In this document: piece after piece, positions 38,284-48,834 of the stretch
How the letters are laid out: each line of letters opens with the position of its first letter
Numbering within the stretch: position 1 is the stretch's first letter
Origin: an uncultured Melioribacter sp.
Lineage (GTDB): Bacteria; Bacteroidota; Ignavibacteria; Ignavibacteriales; Melioribacteraceae
Direction: 5' to 3'
DNA length: 64,000 nt
NCBI GenBank assembly: GCA_964441505.1
Contig: CAYTUV010000002.1
Coordinates: forward strand, 9,546-73,545
Position numbers and translations under genes: made by a program
Notes under the pieces: generated by a model
Told to the model about the DNA's origin: nothing
The model's database searches: none
What the model saw: the letters and a program-made list of their open reading frames with translations, nothing else

Positions 38284-39279
38284 TTGTCTATCACTTACAA
38301 ATCTTCCGGAGTGAACTTACAAGCCGGAGATGAAACTGTAGAAAAAATTAAATCGCTCGCAAAATCAACGTTCAACAAAAATGTTTTATCTGGTATCGGG
38401 CACTTCGGTGCATTTTATGAAGTTGATCTGAATAAATGGAAAAATCCAGTTCTCGTTTCTAGTGTTGACGGCGTTGGCACTAAATTAAAAATCGCATTCG
38501 CAATGGATAAGCATGATACGGTAGGTCAGGATTTAGTGAATCACTGTGTCAATGATATTGCAGTATGCGGAGCCGAACCACAGTATTTTATGGATTACCT
38601 CGCGTTCGGAAAACTTGTGCCGGAAAAAGCCGAACAAATCATTAAAGGGTTCTCTATTGCATGTAAAGAGAATGGTGTGGCTTTGATTGGCGGAGAGACG
38701 GCGGAGATGCCGGGTCTCTATGACGAAAATGAATACGATATGTCTGGGACTATCGTTGGAATTGTTGAACGGGAAAAAATTATTGACGGACGAAATGTTA
38801 AAGCCGGCGACATACTAATTGGATTTACTTCCAACGGACTACACACAAATGGTTATTCACTTGCAAGAAAAGTTTTATTAGAAAAATATTCAGTTAAAGA
38901 TAAAGTCAACACGCTAAAAGAAACTCTCGGCGAAGAATTGCTGAAGGTTCATAAATCATATTTGGGACTGATAAAAGAACTGAAGGAAAAAATTTCGATT
39001 CACGCATTTTCGCATATTACCGGTGGCGGAATAGTAGGCAACACAAAACGTGTTATTCCTAAAGGACTCAATCTCAGAACTAGTTGGAATTCCTGGGAAG
39101 TACCTTCAATTTTCAGATTGATCCAGAATACAGGGAGTATTGCAGATGATGAGATGAGAGTTGTTTTCAACATGGGGATTGGATTGATAGCCATCGTTGA
39201 CAAATCTGATGTCGATTCCTTACTCAAAATTTCCGAAGCATCTGGTGAAAAAGGAATTATTGTTGGAGAAGTAATTTAG
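38284..39279 (+). CDS. purM: Phosphoribosylformylglycinamidine cyclo-ligase (AIR synthetase), TTG start
   Basis: 'YKSSGVN', 'LVSSVDGVGTKLKIA', 'VNHCVNDIAVCGAEP', 'IGGETAEMPG', 'SNGLHTNGYSLARK'. Confidence 0.92.
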   Translation: MSITYKSSGVNLQAGDETVEKIKSLAKSTFNKNVLSGIGHFGAFYEVDLNKWKNPVLVSSVDGVGTKLKIAFAMDKHDTVGQDLVNHCVNDIAVCGAEPQYFMDYLAFGKLVPEKAEQIIKGFSIACKENGVALIGGETAEMPGLYDENEYDMSGTIVGIVEREKIIDGRNVKAGDILIGFTSNGLHTNGYSLARKVLLEKYSVKDKVNTLKETLGEELLKVHKSYLGLIKELKEKISIHAFSHITGGGIVGNTKRVIPKGLNLRTSWNSWEVPSIFRLIQNTGSIADDEMRVVFNMGIGLIAIVDKSDVDSLLKISEASGEKGIIVGEVI

Positions 39280-39294
39280 ATAAATCCAGTTCTA

Positions 39295-39352
39295 TTCTTG
39301 CTCATGTTCTTACTCATGATCTCTATGATAAACATGAGATTAAGAGCAAGAT
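39295..39352. repeat. Imperfect palindromic intergenic element (CTCATG/CATGAG words)
   Basis: TCTTGCTC pairs with GAGCAAGA and CTCATG with CATGAG. Lies between purM and the tatD-fusion gene. Confidence 0.5.
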
Positions 39353-39381
39353 CATGAAAAAAAATTTTGGAAAAGCTGAAT

Positions 39382-40740
39382 ATGTTCACAGAGACACACG
39401 CACATTTGTTTTATAATAACTTCGAAGGTGAAGTTGAGCAGGTAATCGAACGTGCAAAACATGCTGGCGTCAATTTTATTATTGTCCCCGGTACAGATAT
39501 AGCTACCTCACTTCAGGCAATAGAACTTGCCGATAAATATGATTGCGTTTATGCTACAGTCGGAGTACATCCACATGATTCGAAAGCCTGGAACGGTTCG
39601 ATTATCAATGAACTAGAAGAACTAGCGCATCATAAAAAAGTTGTAGCAATCGGTGAAATTGGTTTAGATTACTATTATGATTTTTCCCCCTGCGAGATTC
39701 AGCTCAGAGCCTTTGAAGCTCAGATTGAACTGGCATTGAAGCTAAAACTTCCCATCATTGTTCACAACCGCGAATCGAATGAAGATATTATGAGTATAGC
39801 GCGCAAATATAGGAACTCAGGATTGCGCGCGCAGTATCATTGCTTTGCAGGATCAATCGAGGATGCGCGTGAACTAGTTGAAATGCATCATTATATTTCA
39901 TTTTCTGGAATAATTACATTCAAGAATGCTGAAAGTGTTCGAAAAGTTCTATCGCGTGTGGCATTGGAAAATTTATTGCTCGAGACCGATTCGCCATTCA
40001 TGACTCCCATTCCTCATCGTGGCCAGAGAAATGAACCGGCATACATAAAACTGATTGCGGAAAGAATCGCTGAAATACATCATTTAACTGTTGCCGATGT
40101 CGGCCGGGCAACATCTTACAACGCATATAAATTATTTGGTATTGGAATGAAACCAGGGCTCAGTTATACCTATCGAATCGGACAATCTCTTTATATCAAC
40201 GTTACAAACAGATGTAATGCGGATTGTGTTTTTTGTGACCGCAAAGGTGAAGCTGTCATTAATGGTTATAGTCTTAAAATGACAAAGTCTGAAGAGCCGG
40301 ATGCTGAAGCCTACATCAAAGAAATTGGTGATCCGAAGAACTATAAAGAAATTGTTTTCTGCGGATATGGCGAACCAACAATACGTTGGAATGTTGTTAA
40401 GCAGTTAGCCAAATATATTAAGGAAAACGGCGGCTCGACCCGCATGAATACCGATGGACATGGCAATTTTATTAACAAGAGAGATATCACTCCCGAGTTG
40501 AAAGGCTTGATTGACTCCGTATCAATCAGTTTGAATTCAACTGATCCGGAACAGTATGGCAAATTAATGCGGGTAGATCCATCGCTTCACGGTGAAATGC
40601 TGGACTTTGCCAAAAGGGCGAAAGAGTACACACATGTTGTTCTGTCAATCGTAGGTTTGAGTGAAGTTGATTCAGAAGCAGCGAAAAAATTTGTGACTGA
40701 AGAAGTTGGTGTTGACTTCCGCGAAAGAGAATATTTCTAG
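39382..40740 (+). CDS. Fusion protein: TatD-family metal-dependent hydrolase + radical SAM domain
   Basis: TatD part: 'TETHAHL', 'VGVHPHD', 'AIGEIGLDYYY', 'IVHNRES', 'HCFAG', 'LETDSPFM'. C-terminal part: 'NVTNRCNADCVFCDR' (CxxxCxxC at 40213-40236) and 'FCGYGEPT'. The ATG at 39382 is preferred over the TTG at 39367. Confidence 0.75.
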   Translation: MFTETHAHLFYNNFEGEVEQVIERAKHAGVNFIIVPGTDIATSLQAIELADKYDCVYATVGVHPHDSKAWNGSIINELEELAHHKKVVAIGEIGLDYYYDFSPCEIQLRAFEAQIELALKLKLPIIVHNRESNEDIMSIARKYRNSGLRAQYHCFAGSIEDARELVEMHHYISFSGIITFKNAESVRKVLSRVALENLLLETDSPFMTPIPHRGQRNEPAYIKLIAERIAEIHHLTVADVGRATSYNAYKLFGIGMKPGLSYTYRIGQSLYINVTNRCNADCVFCDRKGEAVINGYSLKMTKSEEPDAEAYIKEIGDPKNYKEIVFCGYGEPTIRWNVVKQLAKYIKENGGSTRMNTDGHGNFINKRDITPELKGLIDSVSISLNSTDPEQYGKLMRVDPSLHGEMLDFAKRAKEYTHVVLSIVGLSEVDSEAAKKFVTEEVGVDFREREYF

Positions 40741-40757
40741 TTAGAATAAGAGGACTC

Positions 40758-42197
40758 ATGAATATTCAGAAAAAAATCCTGCTCTTGCCTGTAATATTGT
40801 TTTCGCTGGCAATTCAAGCATGCTCGACCTTTCGGTCCATCCCGGAAACAAATCAAAATAAGATCGATAGCCTGCTCAGTTCGGATTTTTTCAAATCTTC
40901 TCAGGCGGGAATAGTTGCCTACGATTTGACGGATAACAAGCCTCTGTACCAGCATAACGAAAAGCTTTTACTTCGTCCTGCATCCAATCAAAAAATTTTA
41001 ACTACCGCTGCGGCATATCTTTTTCTTGGACCTGATTACAAATTCAAAACATCCGTTTACCATACCGGTGAGATTAAAGATTCGGTATGCAGCGGCGATC
41101 TTTTTGTAGTTGGAGGATTTGACCCGGATTTCACCACTAATGATTTAGACTCTCTCGTCCGTGAGATTAAAAAATTCGGGATAAAAAAAATCAGCGGGAA
41201 TATTTATGCCGATGTCTCTGCAATGGATTCACTCTACTGGGGTGAGGGATGGATGTGGGATGATGAACCGGAATCTTATGCTGCTTTCTTAACACCGTTA
41301 ACCATCAATAAAAATAGTATCCTTGTAGATTACGCACCCGGCAATATTGGTCAACCGGCAAAAATCGGATTGATCCCGGAAACGAATTTCGTAGAAGAAG
41401 TAAATACATCGGAGACAGTTGATACCGGCAAAACGAAGATGGATATTACCAGAGATTGGATGAAACGCAGCAACACCATAATAGTCAGAGGTAAACTTCT
41501 AAAATCTGCCAAACGCGATACAGTTTCATTAAGCGTTTTTAATCCCACTTTTTATTTTCTCCACCTCATGAACAAAAGTTTATTGCGAAGTGGAATTTCT
41601 ATCGCTGGGAAAGTTGATACAATGACATTGGATGAAGATGCAAAGAGCATATTCGCTTTTGAACGCGGTATAGATCCGGTTATCAGAAATACAAATAAAA
41701 TAAGCGACAATCTGAGCGCAGAAATGTTATTGCGTTCTCTGGCATTAAATAATTCCGGTCGAAGGGCGTCCGCAAAAAAAGGAATTGTTTTGATAGACAG
41801 TTTGATTTCGGTTGTGGGACTTAATCCTAAAAATTATATGGTGGCGGATGGATCAGGACTTTCGAACTATAATTTACTTTCCGCAGAATTGTTGACTTCG
41901 TTGTTTAAGTATTTTTATTATAAAAAGCCGGAGCTCTACGAAAAGCTTTGTAGTTCATTTCCTATTTCGGGTTTTGATGGCACTTTAAGTAATCGAATGA
42001 AAAAGTCCGGAGCGTTCATGCGTGTGTTTGCTAAAACCGGCTCGATTCGGGGTGTGAGTAGTCTATCGGGTTATTTATTGAGCAGAAAGAATCATTTGAT
42101 CGCATTTTCAATCCTCATTCAGAATTTTACTGGAGGAACTACTCAAGCACGTACAATACAGGATAATATTTGTAATATCCTTTTTGAAGTGAACTAA
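40758..42197 (+). CDS. dacB: D-alanyl-D-alanine carboxypeptidase/endopeptidase (PBP4, S13)
   Basis: Lipobox 'LAIQAC'. Active-site 'PASNQKILT', 'DGSGLS', 'KTGS'. Confidence 0.8.
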   Translation: MNIQKKILLLPVILFSLAIQACSTFRSIPETNQNKIDSLLSSDFFKSSQAGIVAYDLTDNKPLYQHNEKLLLRPASNQKILTTAAAYLFLGPDYKFKTSVYHTGEIKDSVCSGDLFVVGGFDPDFTTNDLDSLVREIKKFGIKKISGNIYADVSAMDSLYWGEGWMWDDEPESYAAFLTPLTINKNSILVDYAPGNIGQPAKIGLIPETNFVEEVNTSETVDTGKTKMDITRDWMKRSNTIIVRGKLLKSAKRDTVSLSVFNPTFYFLHLMNKSLLRSGISIAGKVDTMTLDEDAKSIFAFERGIDPVIRNTNKISDNLSAEMLLRSLALNNSGRRASAKKGIVLIDSLISVVGLNPKNYMVADGSGLSNYNLLSAELLTSLFKYFYYKKPELYEKLCSSFPISGFDGTLSNRMKKSGAFMRVFAKTGSIRGVSSLSGYLLSRKNHLIAFSILIQNFTGGTTQARTIQDNICNILFEVN

Positions 42198-42211
42198 ACA
42201 ACCGGTGGTTA

Positions 42212-43063
42212 ATGAAAACTTATAAACAATTCAAAATTTTTACAAACCCGATTAATGCTGATGAAGTGAGCGGGCTTCTCTGGCAGCTGGACATTGACGG
42301 TATAAATGAATCGGAAAGCGGGTTGATTGTTTATGTTGGTTCTTCAAAAAATATTCTCAAAAGTGATATAGAAAAAATATTAAAACAAATGGTTACGGAA
42401 AATCAGATAAAATCATTTACAATCAGTGAAGAGACATTGGAAGATAAAAACTGGAACGAGGAATATGAAAAGAATGTACGCGTAATTGAAGTTACAGACC
42501 GCATCGTAATTAAACCTTCATTCAAAGATTATACCCCTAGGGTTGGTCAGGTCATTATTGCGATTGATCCCAAGATGTCATTTGGAACAGGTGAACACGC
42601 AACAACTCGAATGGTTCTTCAGTTCATTGAGAAATATTTACATAGCGGCGATAACGTATTGGACGTTGGTTCCGGCACCGGAGTGCTTGGAATTGGAGCT
42701 GTAATGCTCGGTGCGAAATCGGCCCTCTGTATCGATAACGATGAGTGGTGTTCGCTGAACGGGAATGAAAATGCTAAGGCTAATAATGTTGATGGTAAGG
42801 TTGAAATCCGTTTAGTAGAAATTGGTCAGATAGTTGAGAAAGATTTTGATCTCATAGTCGCAAATATCAATAAACATATTCTTCTGGAGATTGCCGAAGA
42901 GATCCGACACAAAATGAAAGAGACCGGAACATTAATTCTTTCCGGTCTCTTAATAATTGACGAAGAAGATATAGCACAAAAATTTGCCCAATTTGGTTTT
43001 AAACCAATTGACAAGTCCGAATTAGATGAATGGTGCGCTCTTGTCTTTCAGCTGAATAAATAA
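42212..43063 (+). CDS. prmA: Ribosomal protein L11 methyltransferase
   Basis: 'IDPKMSFGTGEHATT', 'VLDVGSGTGVLGI', 'LIVANI'. Confidence 0.85.
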   Translation: MKTYKQFKIFTNPINADEVSGLLWQLDIDGINESESGLIVYVGSSKNILKSDIEKILKQMVTENQIKSFTISEETLEDKNWNEEYEKNVRVIEVTDRIVIKPSFKDYTPRVGQVIIAIDPKMSFGTGEHATTRMVLQFIEKYLHSGDNVLDVGSGTGVLGIGAVMLGAKSALCIDNDEWCSLNGNENAKANNVDGKVEIRLVEIGQIVEKDFDLIVANINKHILLEIAEEIRHKMKETGTLILSGLLIIDEEDIAQKFAQFGFKPIDKSELDEWCALVFQLNK

Positions 43064-43489
43064 TTATGGCTGAAACTTGCTTAATAATTTTGCCAAATCC
43101 TTCTGTTCGTGATCGCTCAGGACTGAAGTAAGCGAGGCGATATTATCTGCATACTTTGGCATTATAGAGCCGATTTTAGTTTTTCCGCTTGCAGTAAGAT
43201 CCGCCAGAATAACTCTTCTGTCTTCCTTCGAATAAATTCGTTTGACGAATCCTTCTTTCTCCAGGTTATCCATAACACAGGTAATATTAGCACCGGTAAC
43301 CATCATTTCTTCGCTTAACCTTTTCAAAGGAACTGGTCCGGTTTTATGAAGGATTTCCAAAACACCAAACTGGGGTGCAGTCAGATTTTCAGCGAACATC
43401 TGTTTTGCTTGAATTTTTTTGTACTTGTCATAAGCTTTCGACAACTTTTCCCATAAGTCCAAAGCCAACTGTTTTTTCTCGCTTGCCAT
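43064..43489 (-). CDS. MarR-family transcriptional regulator
   Basis: 'LTAPQFGVLEILHKTGPVPLKRLSEEMMVTGANITCVMDNLEKEGFVKRIYSKEDRRV'. Confidence 0.8.
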   Translation of the reverse strand: MASEKKQLALDLWEKLSKAYDKYKKIQAKQMFAENLTAPQFGVLEILHKTGPVPLKRLSEEMMVTGANITCVMDNLEKEGFVKRIYSKEDRRVILADLTASGKTKIGSIMPKYADNIASLTSVLSDHEQKDLAKLLSKFQP

Positions 43490-43654
43490 AGTATTTTCCT
43501 TTCGTTTAGTTAATTAAAAAATATTCAATAGAGCACTTTTTATTAACTGAACAATTTGTTCAAATTTTGTTAATCACAAACAATACCTATTCAAATACAC
43601 AGTTAAAATAGATTTTTCTTTGAATAAAAAAAAGAATATTTATCAATCCCGTTC

Positions 43655-43679
43655 ATTAATGTTGCATAATCACATTAAT
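43655..43679. promoter_or_regulatory. Candidate operator palindrome in the marR / menF divergent region
   Basis: ATTAATGT-N9-ACATTAAT. GTTCATTAAT is repeated at 43651 and 43693. Confidence 0.3.
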
Positions 43680-43779
43680 TGCGGGTTTTGGAGTTCATTA
43701 ATTTGGCCGGGGGTTTGAAACTAAGCGCGGATAAATTATATTATCGCAAGGAATAACAATTTTTCTAATCTGGATATTG

Positions 43780-45153
43780 ATGATAAATAAACAAGAAATT
43801 TTGGATTTCATTGCTGAAAGTGATTTCGACAATCCAGGATCAGCTCATTTATATTCATTCTCCCGGATGGTTGCTGAGGATGAATATTTCCTGCTTTCTA
43901 AGAAATTATTGGGTAGTGATTTTTTGTTTTACTGGAGCGATCCCTCCGATCATCATACTTTTCTAGCTTATGGAGAAGTCTACGCTATCAAAGGTAATAC
44001 CTTTACAGATTTATCATATCTTGATGAGCAATTGCAAAATTTGCCATTCAACATTCTTTCTAATAATGGGAAAATAACTGAATCGAAAGATCCATTATTT
44101 TTGGGAGGTATTAAATTTCCTTCCCTGAAAAGCGAGGATACCTGGAATGACTTTGAGTTTGCTAAATGGAGTATGCCACAAATCCTTTTAATTAAGAACG
44201 GAAATGATTTTAAGATTACCATAAACACATTTAAGCATGACCTTGATGGGACATTTTCTATAATAGAACATTCTGAATATGAATTTGATAAGTATGATGA
44301 GACACAAGTAAAAATTCTCGCAAGTGTTCCAAACATTGGAATCAATGAATGGTCAGTTAATGTGGAATCTGCACTTGCAATAATTTCAAATACAAAATTG
44401 AATAAAGTGGTTCTATCACGTTATGAGAAAATTGAATTAAGCAGCACTCCAAATATTAGGCGGCAGCTAAAAAAACTCGAAACTACATTCGGTAACTGTA
44501 TTACCTTCGCGTATCAGTCAAAAGGATCGGTATTTTTTGGCGCAACACCAGAAAAACTTTTTAGCGTGAAGGATAGTTTTCTGGAAGCAGACGCACTAGC
44601 AGGATCAATACGAAGAGGTGCTAATGAAGAAGAGGACGAAAATTTTAAAAAACTCCTTCTGCATGATGAGAAAAACTTAGCTGAACATAAAAGTGTTGTT
44701 GATTTTATTCTTCATCAGTTAACCCCTGTAACAGAAAAAATTCTTTTCGATTCTCAGCCTTCGATAAAAGCTTATTCAAATATCCAGCATCTCTATTCCC
44801 AGATACGCGCTAAGATTAAAAATGATATATCATTTTTTTCATTATTGGAGAAGTTATACCCGACTCCTGCTGTATGCGGTTTTCCAAGCAAGGAAGCATT
44901 AAATACAATCCACAAGCTGGAATCTTTTGACCGGGGACTTTATGCCGGCGCACTTGGCTGGTTTAATCTAAATGGCAATGCTGAATTTTTTGTAGGAATC
45001 CGGTCGGCACTATTAAGAAAAAATCAGCTTCTGGCCTATGCAGGCTGCGGCATTGTTGAGGGTTCCGATTCACTCTCTGAATTTAACGAAACCAAACTAA
45101 AACTTAAACCAATACTAAATCTATTTACTCATGAAACTGTCAATAAATCGTAA
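43780..45153 (+). CDS. menF: Isochorismate synthase
   Basis: 'FGATPEKLF', 'LAGS.RRG', 'EH..VVDFI', 'LYPTPAVCG.P', 'DRGLYAGALGW', 'GCGIVEGS'. Confidence 0.8.
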   Translation: MINKQEILDFIAESDFDNPGSAHLYSFSRMVAEDEYFLLSKKLLGSDFLFYWSDPSDHHTFLAYGEVYAIKGNTFTDLSYLDEQLQNLPFNILSNNGKITESKDPLFLGGIKFPSLKSEDTWNDFEFAKWSMPQILLIKNGNDFKITINTFKHDLDGTFSIIEHSEYEFDKYDETQVKILASVPNIGINEWSVNVESALAIISNTKLNKVVLSRYEKIELSSTPNIRRQLKKLETTFGNCITFAYQSKGSVFFGATPEKLFSVKDSFLEADALAGSIRRGANEEEDENFKKLLLHDEKNLAEHKSVVDFILHQLTPVTEKILFDSQPSIKAYSNIQHLYSQIRAKIKNDISFFSLLEKLYPTPAVCGFPSKEALNTIHKLESFDRGLYAGALGWFNLNGNAEFFVGIRSALLRKNQLLAYAGCGIVEGSDSLSEFNETKLKLKPILNLFTHETVNKS

Positions 45154-46897
45154 TATCGTCTGGTGCGATCTCTTCGTTAATCGTCTTTCACAGCTAGGAG
45201 TTCGCTACGCTTGCATTTCACCTGGTTCGCGAAGTACTTCACTGACTATTGCCTTTGCAACAAATAAATCTATTACTGTTTTTCCGATTGTTGATGAACG
45301 CTCCTCCGCCTTCTTCGCTTTAGGACTTGCTAAGAAATCCAATACACCGGTGGCAATTGTTACCACCTCTGGAACAGCAGTAGCAGAGCTCTATCCCGCC
45401 ATTATCGAAGCGTATTATGGAAGAGTTCCGTTGATAATCTGCACGGCAGATAGGCCGCATCTATTACGGAACAGAGGTGCAAATCAGACAATTAACCAGC
45501 AGAACATTTATAAAAATCATATCCGCTATTTTGTTGATGCCGGCTTACCTGACGTCAAGAATCTTTCGTTCATTAAAAAGATTGCGGAAGATTCGATCAG
45601 AAATTCGTGTTTAACCGAGAAGGGTCCGGTTCATATAAACTTTCCATTTGAGAAACCATTCGAACCGAAAAATTATACAGACAAAATTGAATTCGGGAAA
45701 ATTGAGAAAATCTTTGCAGACTCATCATTTGAATTGGCGCCGGGGAATCAATCTAAAATTAATTATGAAGCCGTTGCAAAGAAATTGTGGTCAACCGATC
45801 GTGGACTGATAATAGTTGGCTTCAATAATTATCGAAAAGATTTTGCTAAGCAGGTTACACAATTTTCGGGAAAATTTGGCTACCCGGTTTATGTGGATGG
45901 TGCATCATCTTTTAGGTTTGGTAAACACTCTAAAGAAAATATAATTGAAAACTTTACCGCATTCATGCGTGCTCAAGATTTCCAAAAACATTTTGATCCA
46001 AGAATAATAATACAATTTGGCGGTGCACCTACATCAAATGTTCTGCTCGAGTTTTTTAAAAAGTCGCGTGCTGAAAAAATATTAGTAAACGAGTTCGGCG
46101 ATAAAAACGATCCTTCATTTACCGCAAAAACTATTTTACCGGTTGACCCATCCGAGTTCATCGAAACAATTCTTCAGAGTGAGAAGGACAAAAATAACCG
46201 TGATAGCTGCTGGCTAATAGACTATCACGTTATGAATAGTCATGCCGAAAAACTGAAAGACCAATTTGTTAAAAAGGTCAAATTCCCGTTTGAAGGAAAA
46301 GTAGTAACCGAACTATTAAATGCGATTCCTGATAAATCAAATTTGATGATTTCAAACTCGCTCCCGATACGCGATACAGATTTTTTTGCATCAGCAATCA
46401 GCAAGCAATTGAAAATATATACAAACAGAGGTGCCAGCGGTATAGACGGGATTAATTCGACTGCCCTCGGTATAGCCAAAGCGGCCAAAGAGAAAAGCTT
46501 TCTGTTAATTGGCGACCTCGCATTCTATCATGATCTGAACGGCTTGCACAATGCAATCAAATTCAAAATTCCTTTGACTATTATATTAGTAAATAACAGC
46601 GGCGGCGGAATATTCGAATCCCTCCCCATTTCCGGCTACAGAGATCTGTTCAAGGAGAATTTTTCCACTCCGCTCAAGGTCGATTTTAAGAAGCTTGTAG
46701 AAGCCTATGGCGGAAAATATCATAAAATAAATAGCTGGAAAGATTTCAAAGAAAGAGTGATATTATCCTCGAGAAATAAAAAACTTACTGTCCTCGAGAT
46801 TCAGACCGACGCAAAAGAATCTAAACTCCAACGCCAAATTTACTGGAACGCTGTTTCAGAAAGAATTGTACAATTCATCAATGAAATTAAAAGTTGA
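45131..46897 (+). CDS. menD: SEPHCHC synthase (ThDP-dependent)
   Basis: 'ISPGSRSTSL', 'DERSSAFFALG', 'TSGTAVAELYPAIIEA', 'TADRP', 'GASGIDG', 'IGDLAFYHDLNGL'. Confidence 0.88.
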   Translation: MKLSINRNIVWCDLFVNRLSQLGVRYACISPGSRSTSLTIAFATNKSITVFPIVDERSSAFFALGLAKKSNTPVAIVTTSGTAVAELYPAIIEAYYGRVPLIICTADRPHLLRNRGANQTINQQNIYKNHIRYFVDAGLPDVKNLSFIKKIAEDSIRNSCLTEKGPVHINFPFEKPFEPKNYTDKIEFGKIEKIFADSSFELAPGNQSKINYEAVAKKLWSTDRGLIIVGFNNYRKDFAKQVTQFSGKFGYPVYVDGASSFRFGKHSKENIIENFTAFMRAQDFQKHFDPRIIIQFGGAPTSNVLLEFFKKSRAEKILVNEFGDKNDPSFTAKTILPVDPSEFIETILQSEKDKNNRDSCWLIDYHVMNSHAEKLKDQFVKKVKFPFEGKVVTELLNAIPDKSNLMISNSLPIRDTDFFASAISKQLKIYTNRGASGIDGINSTALGIAKAAKEKSFLLIGDLAFYHDLNGLHNAIKFKIPLTIILVNNSGGGIFESLPISGYRDLFKENFSTPLKVDFKKLVEAYGGKYHKINSWKDFKERVILSSRNKKLTVLEIQTDAKESKLQRQIYWNAVSERIVQFINEIKS

Positions 46898-47711
46898 CGA
46901 TATTGAGTTTAATCTTCTCTTAAACGAAACCAATCTCAACCAAGCTAAAACTCCGGTTGTGTTTCTTCACGGATTTACTGGAGATTCAACCGATTGGCAA
47001 TTTATATTTGATCAACTTCCCGATACTTTACTTCCTGTAGCTATCGATCTTATCGGACATGGAAAAACTGATTCCCACCCAAATCCGGTTAATTATACAT
47101 GCACCGCCATAGTCCACCAGCTTGATTCCATCTTTGCACAATTGAATTTCAGAAAGATAATACTTGCAGGTTATTCTATGGGAGGAAGAGCAGCGCTCTC
47201 ATATTGCCTCAAATATCCGCAACACGTGAGTGCAGCTATTTTGGAAAGTACCACAGCCGGTATTGAAGACTTCTGTCTGAAGAAAGAACGTGTTGAACTT
47301 GACCTTCTTTTTGCAGACAAAATTAAAAAAGAAGGAGTCGAATCCTTTATAAATTACTGGTTTGATACGCCGCTTTTTAAATCATTGAGAAATCTCCCTA
47401 ATTTTGAAGCAATAAAGAATAAGCGAAATAAAAACAGTGTAACTGGATTATCAAATTCACTGATGAGCTTCAGCACCGGATTGATGATGAGTTATTGGGA
47501 CAAACTTCCATCACTTAATTTCCCTATTCTGTTAATCAGCGGTGAGTCTGATACAAAATACACTGAGATAAACAAAGCGATGAGATTGAAACTGCCAAAT
47601 GCGCGGCACGACACTATTTCTCAGTGCGGTCATAATGTTCACTTAGAAAAGCCGGAGCTTTTTACTAAATTAGTCATCGATTTTTTGACAACACATGAAA
47701 GGCCGTCATGA
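46881..47711 (+). CDS. menH: SHCHC synthase (alpha/beta hydrolase)
   Basis: '[10 protein letters not shown]', nucleophile elbow 'GYSMGGR', '[11 protein letters not shown]'. Operon position between menD and menB. Confidence 0.7.
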   Translation: MKLKVDDIEFNLLLNETNLNQAKTPVVFLHGFTGDSTDWQFIFDQLPDTLLPVAIDLIGHGKTDSHPNPVNYTCTAIVHQLDSIFAQLNFRKIILAGYSMGGRAALSYCLKYPQHVSAAILESTTAGIEDFCLKKERVELDLLFADKIKKEGVESFINYWFDTPLFKSLRNLPNFEAIKNKRNKNSVTGLSNSLMSFSTGLMMSYWDKLPSLNFPILLISGESDTKYTEINKAMRLKLPNARHDTISQCGHNVHLEKPELFTKLVIDFLTTHERPS

Positions 47712-48541
47712 GCTCCAACTGGAAGATAGCGAAAGAATATAAAGACATCATTTACGAAAAAATGGAAGGCATCGCCAAGATTTCAATCAACCGTCCCGAA
47801 AAGCGAAATGCGTTCCGACCTGAAACTACACTTGAACTTTTTGATGCTTTTGCTGATGCGCGTGAAGATGCAAATGTTGGCGTAATATTATTGACTGGTA
47901 AAGGTCCTTCGAAAGATGGAAAGTATGCATTCTGTTCCGGCGGTGATCAATCGATTCGCGGGGACAAAGGTTATGTAGGTAAAGATGGCGTTCCCCGTCT
48001 TAATATACTCGATGTACAAAAACAGATTCGCAGTATTCCAAAACCGGTAATTGCACTTGTTGCAGGTTATGCAATCGGTGGTGGACATGTATTACACGTG
48101 GTTTGTGATCTCTCCATTGCCGCGGACAATGCAATCTTTGGTCAGACCGGTCCAAAGGTTGGGAGCTTCGACGGAGGCTTTGGCGCAAGCTATCTGGCAC
48201 GTCTCGTAGGACAAAAGAAGGCACGTGAAATCTGGTACCTCTGCCGTCAATACAATGCACACGAAGCACTTGAAATGGGACTTGTAAATAAGGTAGTACC
48301 TGTTGATGAGCTTGAAGCTGAAGGTATTCAGTGGGCAAAAGAGATTTTGGAGATGAGCCCGCTTGCACTCAGGTTGCTCAAATCAGCATTCAATGCAGAA
48401 TTAGATGGGCAAGCCGGTATTCAAGAACTTGCCGGCAACGCAACACTTCTTTATTATATGAGCGAAGAAGCTCAAGAAGGTAAGAACGCTTACAACGAAA
48501 AACGGAAACCGGATTTCAAAAAATTTCCAAGAGTACCCTAA
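47708..48541 (+). CDS. menB: 1,4-dihydroxy-2-naphthoyl-CoA synthase
   Basis: '[12 protein letters not shown]', 'FCSGGDQ', '[16 protein letters not shown]', '[12 protein letters not shown]'. Confidence 0.92.
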   Translation: MSSNWKIAKEYKDIIYEKMEGIAKISINRPEKRNAFRPETTLELFDAFADAREDANVGVILLTGKGPSKDGKYAFCSGGDQSIRGDKGYVGKDGVPRLNILDVQKQIRSIPKPVIALVAGYAIGGGHVLHVVCDLSIAADNAIFGQTGPKVGSFDGGFGASYLARLVGQKKAREIWYLCRQYNAHEALEMGLVNKVVPVDELEAEGIQWAKEILEMSPLALRLLKSAFNAELDGQAGIQELAGNATLLYYMSEEAQEGKNAYNEKRKPDFKKFPRVP

Positions 48542-48543
48542 CT

Positions 48544-48834
48544 ATGATTACTTTATCAAAAGCAAAAAATGTTCTAAAGAAGAACAAATCCTATCTTCAA
48601 AAAAAGTATTTTATTGATGAGATAGGAATATTCGGATCTTATAGCAGAGGTGAACAAAACAGAAAAAGTGATATTGACCTGTTGGTTTCGTTTAAAAAAC
48701 CGATCGGCTTAGAGTTCGTAGATCTTTCGGAGGAATTAGAAAAGTTATTGAATCATAAAGTTGATTTGGTTTCCAAAGGTGCTTTGAAGAAAAGAATGTA
48801 TGAGTTCATCAAACTAGAAATTGTCTATGTCTAA
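48544..48834 (+). CDS. mntA: MNT-type nucleotidyltransferase antitoxin
   Basis: 'GIFGSYSRGEQNRKSDIDLLV' (GSxxRGx..DxD). Confidence 0.8.
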   Translation: MITLSKAKNVLKKNKSYLQKKYFIDEIGIFGSYSRGEQNRKSDIDLLVSFKKPIGLEFVDLSEELEKLLNHKVDLVSKGALKKRMYEFIKLEIVYV

